A DNA stretch of 64,000 bases from Eledone cirrhosa (GCA_964016885.1 OZ024743.1:12462001-12526000); one strand, 5' to 3'; positions 25,969-39,754 are shown, counted from the stretch's first letter. Notes: generated by a model not told the origin, from the sequence alone. Numbers and translations are program-made.

Positions 25969-28900
25969 CTACAAAAGATAAATATTTACATAGCCTGTAG
26001 TTACAGACACAACAACCACATCTATGTTAATATCATTATTTTATGTATGGACTTGTAACTCCAGGTGGAGTCATAGGAACCCCATAATGATATAATGCTT
26101 CTTGGACTTACTTGACTTGGCAGAGCCCATCCCTCTCCAGATCCAATTTCTTCCAGAGAAAGAGAGAAAGAGTGAAAGAGAGAGAGGAAGTGAGAAAGAG
26201 ATATAGAAGAATAATCCACCCAGTACATGGGTAGTACTTTCTTTTATCAACCTTGAGCACTGTACACAATAATTTTCATTATTTATACGTTTTTTGAAAA
26301 AGCATGAGCACATGAATACCACTGAAAATGCTTAAGAATTTTTCTTCAAAAGAGAATATGCAGTTAGTTTCTAGTTTCTTCTCAATATCTTCTCTGTGCA
26401 GTTGTCTTTAAATGCTGTAGTAATATCATGAATAGTATAAAGAAATTTTTAAAAAAAGAAAGGAAAGTTTAAAACCAAAGAAAAAAACAAGAGTATAAGA
26501 CTGCAATAAAAATAGAAAAATAAAAATAAAAGGCAAAGTTAACCTTGGCAGAATTTGAACTCAGAGCACAGAGAGCTGAAAAAAATAGCTCAAAACATTC
26601 TGATGACTGCCAATACGTTGGATTGGCAGTATTGGTAGAACGTTGGACAACATGTTTTGTGGCATATAGTTACGCCCCTTTACATTCTAAGTTCAAATTC
26701 CCTCATTGATACAACAATGAAGCTAGTAGAATCTAAATTTATCATCCTGAGGTAAACCAGTTGTTAGTGTCTTTGTTTAGCCCTTGATTAAATAGACTGA
26801 TGATCAAAAGTATTATAGCTGAGATTATACCATCTTTTACTGGTGGGCAGACGACCCAGGACCATGTTATCCTATGTATTCTTTTCTATGATAGTGGGGT
26901 GTAATTTGAAGAAATTTGGCTGGGATTTCTAGCAAGTTGAACAACTACATAGAGACATTAGTTTATATGAGTTAACAGTGGAAACATGTTGGTGTGTAAG
27001 GGCTTTCTAAAGAGTCTAAGCTGTCATGTCCCCATTGAATGACATTCTCAAAGTTGTTCATGGAGTTAATGTAGGTTGCTCTTGTTTAGCTCAGATCAAA
27101 AGTATTCCAGCCATGACTATCTAGTTGTTTTAAGCATATGTACAGCTGGTGTCCTTTCCTTTCCCCAAGATGAAAGGTTGTTTTTTTAATGAGATTTGGC
27201 TGCTATTTCTAGGAGGTCGAGTGTGTATGTTATTATGCTTGTATCTAGAAAACTGAAGAATGGGTGTTGTTAAAAATGGCATCAAATAAATCATTAATAT
27301 AGAAAGAAGAATGTGACATCAAAGGGGCAGTTCATTTCCTTTTATTTCCACCTTTGCTCAGTGTAATACATAGACCATTGATCAATTGACAGAGAAACAT
27401 CTATCTGCTCCTTCAGATGATTATTTCCACTGGCTCAACCACCAGATATTGATGGAGTCTGGTCCCAAAATTCATGGACTTTGCCCTCAACATCTGTTTC
27501 TCTCTATTGGCCAGAGATGTTGGTCTTGAGCTCTTGGAATATCTCACTCAATTCAATAAAAAGTTCTCTTCTAAGAGTATCTTCCCCTACATACATCCCT
27601 TGTTCTTTAATGCTAACTTCTTTAATGTCCTTAAGCCTAATAGCAATCTCTGACCCAAAACAATTGGTTGTACATTAAGGCACCTCCCAGTAAAAGTGTG
27701 TTAGCCATTGATCTCATAAGACCGCTCTTCAAAATTTGCACCCATTCAGTCCAGGGTGACCACTAAACAGGTGTGAATCAGCTATCCACATCACAAGAAC
27801 ATTTGTAAACACTCCTACTGAAGTCCCCGAGGTAGTTCTCAAACTTGGTCTAAAGAACACTTTCAATTCAATAAGATGTGATGCCATCCACAGTTCCATG
27901 AAAGGAGCTGTTGATGGCATCAAAAGCCCTCCAATTTCTTCTTTGGTGACCAGTGCATTCTTTCTGCTTTAGGAGTTCAACAGGAGTTCTTTTGACCTGC
28001 TCTATTTCGACAGTATCTCATATTATATTGCTAGGTTGGGATTTGATTTGAATTTGAATGTTTAGCACTCTGATGATGCTATTTTGGTGGGTGGGCTTTG
28101 GAACCTCTAAATAGAGTTCTCACTATAGTGAATTTGATGGCTGAGGAACTTTGTCATACAGGTCTTCGAATTAATATTTCTAAACGCGAACTTTAGGTCC
28201 TTAATTGCCCATTTTCACACCATTAAACTACAGTGAATCTATTCACCAAATTCTTCTCCTCCACTATGATCTCTCCTCCATTAGTATAACATTGTTGAAC
28301 AAAAGTGTACTTATTGAAATATGCATAGGATGGAATAATTACATAAATGAACAAAATATGCATGGAATGGAATAATTACATAAAAGAACAAAATATATAT
28401 TGTTGATGGTATCATGATGCTAGTCTGAATTTATGCATTTAACCATCAAATGTTGAATACATTTCCATTGGACTGACAAAATAAGAAGAAATTAACTGGG
28501 TTTCCATTTCTTGTACCTCATTGCTATAAGGAAAGGTGAGGTACTTAATTTAGTGAAGTATAGAAATTACAAATGGTAATTTTGCTGTGGTGGGAGCAGT
28601 TAAATGCTTTTTATAAGTCATTCGTCAATACCTCAATTACTTTGTCTGCCCATTTCTCAGCTAACAGTATTTCTACACCATCCACACCAACACTGCTACC
28701 CACCCAAAGGAACTTGTACCTATGTTCCTTGCCAGTGGTGAATCTGGTCAAAGCTCCCCTCCTTACACAGCCCACAACTTCATATCAATGTTCTAGCCTC
28801 CCCACCATCTCACTTGATCTACATCAACATTTAGAGCAGCAACTTTGAAATTCTGTGTCTGATAGGTGGAGGACTACATTGATGTCTTTTTCTTAAGATC

Positions 28901-29049
28901 ATGAGAGGAAAAGATGGATATGTGCACATTCATAAGTGGTGTTTTCATGTGAAGTATTCTTTCTTAGATACTTGGATACCTTATATTTACTGCTAGCAAA
29001 AATATCTGCTAAAAGCTACCACTGATCACTAAGTCTATTGTAGCCTAAT

Positions 29050-29500
29050 GTATATGTGTGTGTGTGTGTGTGAGAGGGGGGGGGGAGTAATACTATGTCT
29101 ACTTGGGGACACTTGTGAAGGGAGAGGGGTCAGCAATATAACTGATCTTTACTAAGTGTGAAGATGGAATGGCTTCTGCTCCAGCTAAGTTATTTGCAGC
29201 TATATAGATATTCAAATCTTAGTGCAGTGATGAATTAATTTGAAATGCAGGCAGGGATCCACTAGGACTTAGTCATCAGTCCACTTCTGTTTATCATTAT
29301 TTTTGAGGCCATAACTGAGGAGTTTAAGACTGGTTGTCCATGCAAGCTCTTATATGTTGATGATCTAATCCTTATAACTGAATCTGTGGAAGAGTTAGAA
29401 GTGAAATTCCAAGTATGGAAGAAAAATTTAGAATTGAAAGGCCTAAAAGTAAATCTAAGAAAAACTAAAGTTTAAATAAGTTGGAAAGAAGACGCCCATC
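29050..29500 (+). mobile_element. RTE RT fragment
   Basis: GIH.GLVISPLLFIII..., LYVDDLIL. Confidence 0.75.
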
Positions 29501-30668
29501 AAGTCAGTGATAACATCTCACACCATCACTCCTTAGTGCCTAGCCTCACCACCACTGAAGCCCCTACTCAAACTAGGATCAATTCCACCCTTTTTAATCC
29601 AATAACTATTCTCATCTTCATTATAACCGCCTCACTACCCAATACCAGCCCTTCTCCTCACTCCCGTCACGATAAAATGCACCCAGTACACTCTGTAAAA
29701 TGGTTGGTGATAGGAAAGGCATCCAGTTGTAGAAAACTTGACAAACAAAAAGTCGAGATTCAGTTGTGTCAAAGACATAACAAGCTCTCTAGTTCTGGTG
29801 CCACAATAAAATACACCTGACGCACTCTGTAGAGTACGGAATATATATAAATGAGATGCGGCCCCCAGCCGGTTTGAGAAGACAGGGGCTACGAACGTGT
29901 ACTAAATTTCATGACAGAGATGCCAAAGAACTGCGAGGAACGCTGCGATGACCCGCCCAACCCTTGTTAGCAGGGTAAACTCACGTTAAATTATGATTAT
30001 ATATAGTAGTCCTAGATATACTATATCTGCCGGAAAAAAAAAATAATAATAATAATTGGATAATCACAGCTGATAAAACGTCTTTGTGCAATTTTCCTCT
30101 TAACGCGAGTTATTAAGAGGTAATTAAAATTTAAAGAAATATGACCTAAATATAGTAGTGTATAAAAGAAAACATTTCGCCGTTTCGGTTTTTCATTTTA
30201 CTTTTGTTTCAAAGAAAATAGGATTGCCAACTGAACACAAACGTATGCTCAGTGTTCAACGTATTTGTTTACATTATCATCCCTGTCCCAACATGTACAG
30301 TTGTCATGGGTGTTATCCAAACATTAGTTTTTACTTATTCATAGGAGATAGCAGTATCATACATGAAAATATCAATACATATATATTGCTGTCCAAGGGC
30401 TAAATATTCTATCAATAAATTATTCTAAAAAAAATCAATACTGTTGTATATATAAACGCCTGTATGGCATTCTTTCGTTTTAATTAGACGGCAATCTTCA
30501 ATCAATAATTTCATTTTACATTTATTTAAATCAATTACAGTAATTTTCTTTCATATTTTCTTCAAACATCACCAAATATAATTTAATTTTAAATATTTGC
30601 TTATACTAACCATTCTGAATTTACATATACAAAATCCATGCAGATAGGCGGAAAATAGATAAAATTAA

Positions 30669-30706
<38 letters not shown>

Positions 30707-33349
30707 ACATGCAAGTTGTGATATTTTCTTTACTTTTACTAATAAATCATTCGGAAGTTCCATATACAGGATCAAACAGGTACCGTTGGTTTTTACTTTA
30801 TTATGTACGTCAATTGCTGTCTGCTTAATATGAAAGAATGCTACCTATAAAACAGTAAGTGTTCACAAAACACTTCATTGTTCAGGTGAGTGAAAGTATT
30901 CCTGAAATAGAAGTGGGTCGGCAAATTTGGTCAATTTAGTTGTGATTAGTTTAGCTGTTATTATCAAATATCAACCAAGATATAAAAACTTAAACATTCT
31001 TGGATTTCCACATGACTTGAGTTCCCAGTTGAATTACAACAGCTAAGTTTATAACGAAGCCTATCTAAGACCAATTTTCTGTTTATTGATATTAAGTTAC
31101 TGATATTAAGTTAGTTGCGCTGACGCACAGAGAATGGTATGATATTGCATAAATTCGTTTCTACTCCCATAATAAACTATACATCGTACATCACATACTG
31201 CTCCAGTGAAAATCTATTTCTAGTTATGTCGCAATAACTACACTGGTATAACTAGTTAAATAATCACCGACCCACTACCACTTGCAGAGATACAATCTCG
31301 AATGTATAGATTACCATTATGATGTTATTATGAAATTAAAAATAAAAAGGTTTTTTTTTTCACAATTCATAGATGTAGGAATTACATTTTTTATCCCTGT
31401 AGAAAATCTGACATTATCCTGATTTATATTGATAATGTTGATAACCAACGTGAAATTGGAAGGTACAATGAAAAAATATCCGAGTTAACGCTTTGCCTAC
31501 TACAAACACAGATGGAAATTATTGGATAATAAAAACAGTAATGAACAAAACTATACAATAATGAGAGTAATACAAATCATCATTATTAATGTATCTGCAT
31601 AATTTCAATTAAAAATTATTAAGAAAGTTATGAAGAAATAAAATCAGGATAGGGGATACTAAACTAGTTTTACTATATCACTTGTCTATTTTCTATTAAT
31701 AAAATTAGATTATAAGCGATATACTGTCTATAGTCAACTTATTACCATATATACTTAGATTAGTCCACTTTTTGTTTTTGTAGTGATATATCCAAAACAC
31801 CCTACTGGATAAAAACAAGGAGTGGAGGTTGTGTAAGAGAATTTCATAATAATGTAATGATGATTTCTAAAATTAGCACATTTTGCAAGCAGGCCTAGCT
31901 GGTATAAAACGACAGCAGTACATAACTGCTACTTTATCTTATACACCCCCGACGGATTTTAACTCAGAACGTAAAGGTCCTTAATGATAACAATGACAAC
32001 AATAACAGTAAAAAATAATTTCTTACTTAAACATAAAGCTACACTTTTGTAACAGAGGGGGAAGATGTGACTTAGTGCTGTTTATGCTACTGTCAAATGA
32101 ATTCGGGGCGTAACCAAAAATCGAAACTTTTTGTAAGGAAATGGTTAAGATGAACAGTAAAATCGACAACTGAAGTTGAAGTAATGAAGTGCTACTTCAG
32201 AAAGCCTTGCGATTCAAATATAAACCCAGTAAACACCACATCGAACTTGTTCAACACAGAAAGAGGGTGTTTCGGATTTAACGTTCTTTCAATATTTATT
32301 AACTGTGAAGCCGCATCGAAACTGGCCCTTAGATATGCATGCCGAAATCTTTTTAGTACCTTTCGTTTTTTTTTTCATTATTTTGGCTCCTATCACCTAT
32401 CGTGTTGGTAATATATTGTCTCCACCCCTAAAAAATCGAATTTGTTGCCAAACATACCATGTTACTTAAAAGTATAATCAACACATGGCTGTTCTTGTTT
32501 AGTACAATGTCATGCTTGACTGAGCAGGCCTACTTACAAAAGCATTCCAACCATGACCACCCCATTCTACTCACTTTGCATATCTAGGACTACAGTGGTC
32601 ATTGTAAGAGAGAATTGATTGCTAATGTAGCAGGTCGAACGACCAGGTTAAGGCTCTCTCTTATACAAACTATGTCAACAAGTACTTCTAGAAGTTGACC
32701 TGAGAGTTAGTATTCATTTTGGATGAAACAAAAATATATTACTAACCTGGTATAGTTACTTAATCCACCATAGACTTTGGAGCAGTGATGTGTGTGCTTA
32801 CGATATACGATAGCTTTATAGCTTCTACTGTTGCTATACAAAATAACAACCAGTAAGTGAATCACAAACTAAGTGAGTGGTAGATTTTTTTTTTTTTTTT
32901 TTGTAAAGAAAGGGAAGATAATTAATCTAAGTGAAAGCCGACAGAAGCACTTAATTTATAAAATAATTAAGGAATTATTTTATAAATTAAGTTATCAAAA
33001 TTAAAGACGTGAAAAAAAAAATGCTCATGAAAAATAGTTGGGTAACAAAGTTATGAATTGATGGTTATCATTTCGAAAATCAAACATTAAAAAAAATACA
33101 CAATACAAAAAAAATCTATCAATGACGCCTCCATTGGTTAAGTGGTGAATTAATTTCTATTTCAACACTTCAGAGGTTGGAGAAGTGCCAGTAATAGATT
33201 ACATCAATATAATCGATTATGCTTTTTCCCTACAAATTTGTGGGGTTGTGTCAACATTCTAAATTTTAATAGGAATACACTATTTGGCAAAATATTTTTT
33301 TCTGTTTGTTGATTTTTTTTTTTTTTTTTTCGTCTAAAAAGAAGGGGCT

Positions 33350-33860
33350 ATAATGATAATGAAAATTATTGTGTACAGTGCTCATGTATAGTACATAGAA
33401 TAATGAAGAGATGTCAGAAAAGTGAACAGTGTATGAGTTATGATATACACACAGATACATACATGCATGTGTATGGAGAGGGAATATCAGGTGTAGTGTT
33501 GGCGAATTTCGAGAAGCATGGATGTTTTGAAAGATGCGCTGTCCCGACAGCTAACAACCAATGCAAGTAGTTTGTTCCATGCTTCAGCAACTCTGAGCAT
33601 GTTGTTGGCAAGATGGTTAATAATTTTGTGAATGTTTACAAAGTCAGTTGCCAGGCGTGAAAGCTTTAATATATCCATGCCCAGCTAAGCAAGGCATTCA
33701 GAGTGTGGTAGAAGCCTGACGGAGGGTATTCACTTGGTTGCACGTCTCTGAACAGTTTCCAGGTCAATATTCTGAGCAAGATAGGTGATACAAATTCTAA
33801 GTGTGACCACACCATACCTGTATACAGCTTTAAATAGTTAGCTGATTCCACTGCCAATTA
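33350..33860 (-). mobile_element. CR1-like LINE 3' fragment
   Basis: Homologous to 43990-44630; LRVAEAWNKL motif and gcactgtacacaataattttcatt tail. Confidence 0.85.
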
Positions 33861-34246
33861 GGTCACCTCATGAATTATTTGGTGAAAATCTAAACTGATT
33901 AAAAGTACAAAATAAATTGAGCTTAAATATTGTTCCTAAAACAAAATTTGTCAGACACTTAGCACTAGGATAGCCTATTCTACTAATGAGCCTTGTATAT
34001 TTTTATAAAGACTGAATAGTTCCTAGAACCTTGTGAAAGACTGAAGGAAATATGGAGAGAAGTGATAAGAGCTGATCTCGGGATGAACTGCTACAAGCAG
34101 AATGATGCTGTATTAAATCTGACCCACCCATATCAGCATGGCACTCCTAAGAATAAGTGGGCAAAGGATTGTGACCATGCTGGGTCACAGGCTTCAAAAG
34201 TTTAGTTGATCATAGCTTTATTTCAGTCAGGTACTTATTTTATTGA

Positions 34247-34510
34247 TTTTTACTGAAGCATTAAGTTATAGGACATAACATAAGTTTTACTGAAGCATTA
34301 AGTTATAGGACATAACATGAGTTTTACTGAAGCATTAAGTTATAGGACATAACATGAGTTTTACTGAAGCATTAAGTTATAGGACATAACATGAGTTTTA
34401 CTGAAGCATTAAGTTATAGGACATAACATGAGTTTTACTGAAGCATTAAGTTATAGGACATAACATGAGTTTTACTGAAGCATTAAGTTATAGGACATAA
34501 CATGAGTTTT
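34247..34510. repeat. 37-bp tandem repeat, about 7 near-identical copies, inside a SINE remnant
   Basis: Unit gttttactgaagcattaagttataggacataacatga, no spacers. Confidence 0.93.
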
Positions 34511-36923
34511 AAAAATTGATGAAAACATAGACAGATACACAACAGGCTCCCAGTTTCCATCTAGGTGAAGAAATGTGGGATTGAAACCAGAACCACATTG
34601 TTGTAAAACAAACTTCTTCACCATACATATATATACCTATGCATGTGAGTGAATCTCTATTATATTTCATTTATCATATATGTGAATTCTTCTTAATTTT
34701 TCATGACACAGCTTGCCAAGCATATATCCAAACCAGATATAATGGTTAGTTACGATATGAGTGGGCTCCTGCTAGACAAATAAGGAACTGCAGACCAACA
34801 GTGGTAAACTACTAGGGGAGATGGAACAATGGGTGACACTGTTAGCTCCCAAGAAAATTCTAACAACCCAGTGATGTAGCTACAACAGGGCCACCTCTAA
34901 AAAAGCCTAGCCTTTGCAGGTTTGAAAAAGTACCAAATTGGTGACTAGTGCGAATAAGAGCACCAAAACACTGCAATATGGCCAGAAACAATAAAGGTAG
35001 TCCAAATAACTTACTATTTATATAGTTATCATTGATAAAGATTAGGATGTTCTAGTTTCAGTAATTTAGGATAGGATATTTAAGATAGGATGATACAACA
35101 GACAACTCCATCAATAAAGTAAGCAAACTTGTCTAAGCTGCCTTTTTGTTGCCAGTTGGCTATGTTGTGTTATGGGAATACTGAGAGCAATATACAATAA
35201 CCGTCTACTACTACAGCTACAAACAACTCCAAATACAAGAACAAAATGGGTGATACTCAAATACATTTAAAACTATAAAATCACAAATTATTTCCAAATT
35301 TTTAATTTTATTGCAAAAAGAAGAAAAAATAGACATAAAAACACATTTTCTCTCACATTTTTATATGAAGAAATAAACTTTTATTTTTTCACTATCCAAT
35401 TACCTAAATAAAACAGTTTAAAAAACTGCCAAAATGTGTTACATAGAAATATTTCTGTATGTGTATGCTTATGTATGCAGAGGAGACATTTTCTAAGTAA
35501 AATAAAATAAAATTATGTATATTCACACAAAAACTTACAATTCAAATTTCTCATTAGAGATTACTGTTTTTTGCTTTTAAATTATATTGCATTACATACA
35601 TAATAGGCACATACAGCTCTTAGCTAAGTCACTTAAACAACACATGAGGTGAGTGAATAACTTGAGTTAAAATGTGATGGTAGAAATTTTGTGGATTTTA
35701 ACCCTTTAAATGAAAGCAAAAAAAAACTTATTTCCAAAAAAAAAAAGAGAAAGAGAAGCGAAACTTTATGAACTTTGTATAATAATTGTAATTCTCTTTG
35801 GACCTGAGACTTGAGTTGTGAATGCAGATTATTTGAAGATATTGGGGAGTAATGAGCCTTGAGAATGATATGTTGGCAAGCTCAACTGAGTTTAAAGGAA
35901 CAGAAATAGTGTGATTGGATGAAACAAATAAGAAGTGGAAGATTTCTGTAGAGGAAGCAAACTACAGATGAGAGCAGTGTTTCACAGAAAAGATGGCACT
36001 GCTAATATGGAAAGCAAAATGTAGAACTGATTATACATATGGTCTGAAATGAAATTTTTCAAAACAAATAGTAGACAGTCCCATTTATTTTGGTTTACGC
36101 ACAAATACTGGAACATATCCCTCTCCGGGACTGAAGATTGTCTTCTTTCTCTAGAAGAAATCAGCTAAGAGAGAGATAGAGAAAGAATTGATTCCATTAA
36201 TGGACAGGTACCTTATTTATTGACCTTGAAAGGAAGAAGGCAAAGATGACTGTAGCAGGATTTGCACCCAGAGCACAGAGAGACAAAATGAATACTGCAA
36301 AGTATTTTACCTGACCTTCTAATAACTCTACCAATTCATCTTTAAACAAATGATACTTATCATAAATTATACTAAATTTTAGTGAATATTATAATAAACT
36401 GAATTAGATTGTAAAACTTCTATGTCAGGATAAAGTCTAGGATTCCCCAAAATTATTTGATCAGCTTAACTTTTGCTATATTTAGTTTTAAAAAACAAAT
36501 TTTAATACAAAAAAATAATAAAGGAAAATATTTTTTCTCTATCGTGTTTCATTTTTCTCCAATTTATTAAAATTAATGAGCAGTTGTCTAATTCTTTAAA
36601 AACTCAAATTATGAAGAAATTAAACGAATAAAATGCATGGTTTGTAACAGAAAAAAAGAAAACAATACGAATCTAAACTGATGGAATATTATTATAACTT
36701 GTCATCCCACAGCACTTCTTTAACTAGAATTTCAACTAAAAATAATATCCATACATTTGAGATATTTTCTTTTTTCCTTCATCTTCATTATCACCATCTA
36801 ACTCAAATATGTAGGATGTATTTCTCTACATTATTTCCATGAGAGAAGGAAAATTGATAATAATATTGTAAAAGAGAAAATATTGCTTTAAAAAATAGAT
36901 ATCTTTCTTCCATTCTTGTTTCA

Positions 36924-39754
36924 TCATATTCGTCGTTTCTGAGTGCTTATGTACAAAACTGTAAATATATTAGAAATAATAATAAAAATTAGATCGATGC
37001 TGACAGGCAAAGTCAGGAGAAATATGGAAAAATTTGCAGAAATTATATTGGAAACATGCAAACAATATTTTTGGAGATAAATAAAGTATAAAATGAGTTA
37101 TTTAAATAAAGAAATAAAGTTATTTTCATGAGTCATTATCTTATTATTAGTAAACAGGACAGATCAAGACAAATTGTTATGCTATACATTAAATTTAAAA
37201 GTTTGTAGATTTGACACAACTGAAGAGTCTTGCAGACCCTTTATTTTGCAAGCTTCATACAGCTGGATGCCTTTCTAAAGCAACAGAACAATTGTTTCTA
37301 ACACTCCAGTATCTTTCATATATTACTCACTTAACCATAAAGAGTAAAACCTGTAGTCAACAAGGCAACCAGTCAGGCGAGAGGCCTTCAAAAGTTATGG
37401 TTACTGACGATCTCTTCCTATGCCAAACAAAAACAAAAGTTTTTTAATGACTGAGGCAAGGAAAATGTTTGCATCCTACATCATGGTCTAGGACAAGCAA
37501 TATAACAAAGTTCAATATAAATACATGACCATGCGATCTGTAATCTATCTCCTTTATAATTCAAGATAATAAAGGAAAATATGTGGTTTCACACTTGACC
37601 TACTAGAAATAACAGTCAAATTTCTCTAAGATTACACTCTACTACGTCTAAAGCCTATTTTGAGCTTCTGCTTATCCCAGTTTCTGTGATGCAAAATGAC
37701 AGGAAGTACAGGATTCCCTACTGGACAAGATGCTAGTCTATCACAGAGTTAACCCTCAAGCTATTGTTGGTACTCATATTCAGCTGAGTATACTGGAGCA
37801 ATGTGAGATGAAGTATTTTGCTCAAGAACACAGCACACAACTCAGTCTAGGAGTCAAACCCACAACATTATGATCGTAAATCCAACAACTTTACCACTAG
37901 GCCACATGCCTCCACATTACAATCTACCATCCTAAGAAAAAATGGAATCAGAGACATAGGATAATGTAGTCATAGTATGCAACAAAAAGATGGTCATGGC
38001 TAAAACGTCTTTGATCAGAGGCCTACTCAATCAGCAGAGAATTGACCAAAGGCTAAACAACAACAAAATAAATAACTGACTGTACCATTATTTCCACGGA
38101 TGAAAGCATCACCATATCTGTTCTTTAACTGACCATTTACATATTCCTCAGTTTGCTCCAGAGCAATATTCATGTAACCATCTAAACAAGCCAAAACACC
38201 TGAAATATAATTTGGGTTTGATTGTTATACATTCATTTATTATGTTAGAGTAATTCTTCTTACAGCAGGATGCCTTCCTGCAGATAACTACACCATCCAG
38301 GTAGCAGGAGCAGTGAGATATTTTTTTTATGTTCAGACAAGAAGCAAAACTGGGGCAAGCTGGTTTAACCCTTTGGGTATTAAGTCATCTGAGACTGACC
38401 CATGTTCTATGATAAAAAGTCTCTCATTCTAGAGAGTTCATTTTAAAATTAACCCCCCGCCCCTCCCCCATCTTTCAGTTAAGTTTGAAACAACAACTTA
38501 ATGAAAAACTTTGTTAATTTATTAAATCCTTCCAGATTCTTGATAATTTCCAAATAGGATCACACAGGCAATGTATTTGTATCTCAGTTGTCTTTGTTAA
38601 TGAATTTTGGGATGACCATGACCCAAACCAGTTCTTATTCGGAGTTATAGCCCTCCAAGGTGGATATAGGTACATTTCACCTGTACCTCCCACACCCACC
38701 CCAGCAAGAGTAAAGTTTTTTTCTATCCAATATTGTCTGTTCATTCACTGGCTTCAGAAAAGCCTTGTCAAACATTGAAAATTATGTAACACACAAGAGA
38801 GATGATGAATTCCTTCATTTTTCTTTTACTGTGTTATCCTATTTTATTTGATGTAACAAATGGCTTTCTGGAAAGATACACTTCTTACTCTTAACAGCTT
38901 CACCATAGTAGTAAGGGTAGAGACAAGTTTTGTTCAGCAAAGCAAATTAAAGAAAGTAGAATTAGATGCCTTACTCAAGGTACTGCACAATGAAAGCAGT
39001 AAAGTCTGAATGTGTGACCATGTGAATAGGCTAGTATCTTAACCTCATAACAATTGTGTTGCATGCTTAACTATTGTACTTCATCCACAATCTCACAACA
39101 ATTTCCTTCATATAAGAATATTGCCAGGCTTGCTTCAAAGCAATTTTGGAGATGAAAGCAAGATATATAGTATTGTTGAAGTTTGATTATCATTTTGGCA
39201 GTATCGGTAGAGTCGGACGCCATGCTTTCCAGCATAGTTACGTCCCTTTACGGTCTGAGTTCAAATCCCACCGAGGTTAACTTTGCCTTTCATCCTTACG
39301 GGGTCGATAAAATAAAGTACCAGTAATGTACTAGGTAATTGCTGGCCTTGTGCCAAAAGTAGAAACAATTATTATCGTCACTGTTTAATGTCTATTTTCC
39401 ATACTTACATAACTTAGACGGGCTGGTTTCTATGACTCGACACCCTTTCTAATACCAACCACCTTACAGAGTGGTCTGGGCATTTTCGTCATGGCACCAG
39501 TAAGAGCATCTTACGGGGTGGACTGAATGTGCTTAACTTTAAAAGTCTGTTATGATACTTAATAATGTTATACTTTCATTTATGATAATTGTTTTAAAAA
39601 AAGGTTTAATATATGAACTTTGTATAATTACAAATTAATATGACAACAGTTTTTACAAACCTCGATAATCTACACCCGAGTTCAGTTTCACTACCACAGG
39701 ACGTCCAATAATTTGTTTTAAAAAATCACTTGGTGTTTGCTTTCGACCAGACAT
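36924..39754 (-). CDS. LSM6: U6 snRNA-associated Sm-like protein LSm6 (80 aa, 3 coding exons)
   Basis: Exons 39661-39754, 38086-38199, 36924-36958 give MSGRKQTPSDFLKQIIGRPVVVKLNSGVDYRGVLACLDGYMNIALEQTEEYVNGQLKNRYGDAFIRGNNVLYISTQKRRI*; probable 5'UTR exon ending at 41345 (gtaagt donor). Confidence 0.97.

Noticed and set aside
27330-28300. Coding-like minus-strand stretch as an upstream TEP1 exon
   Set aside because: Multiple stops, no consistent splice phases; probably an old TE relic I cannot classify
30896-31300. U17/snR30 snoRNA or a U2-guiding scaRNA
   Set aside because: gtattcctg resembles m1 but m2 (AAACCAU) and the basal stem are missing; the U2-complementary gatattaagtt-a-CTGA would target a position I do not know to be methylated
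34247-34510. CRISPR-like 37-bp repeats
   Set aside because: Head-to-tail with no spacers, no cas genes, eukaryotic context
39197-39275. tRNA gene
   Set aside because: A/B-box head of the abundant SINE; no cloverleaf, continues into the SINE core
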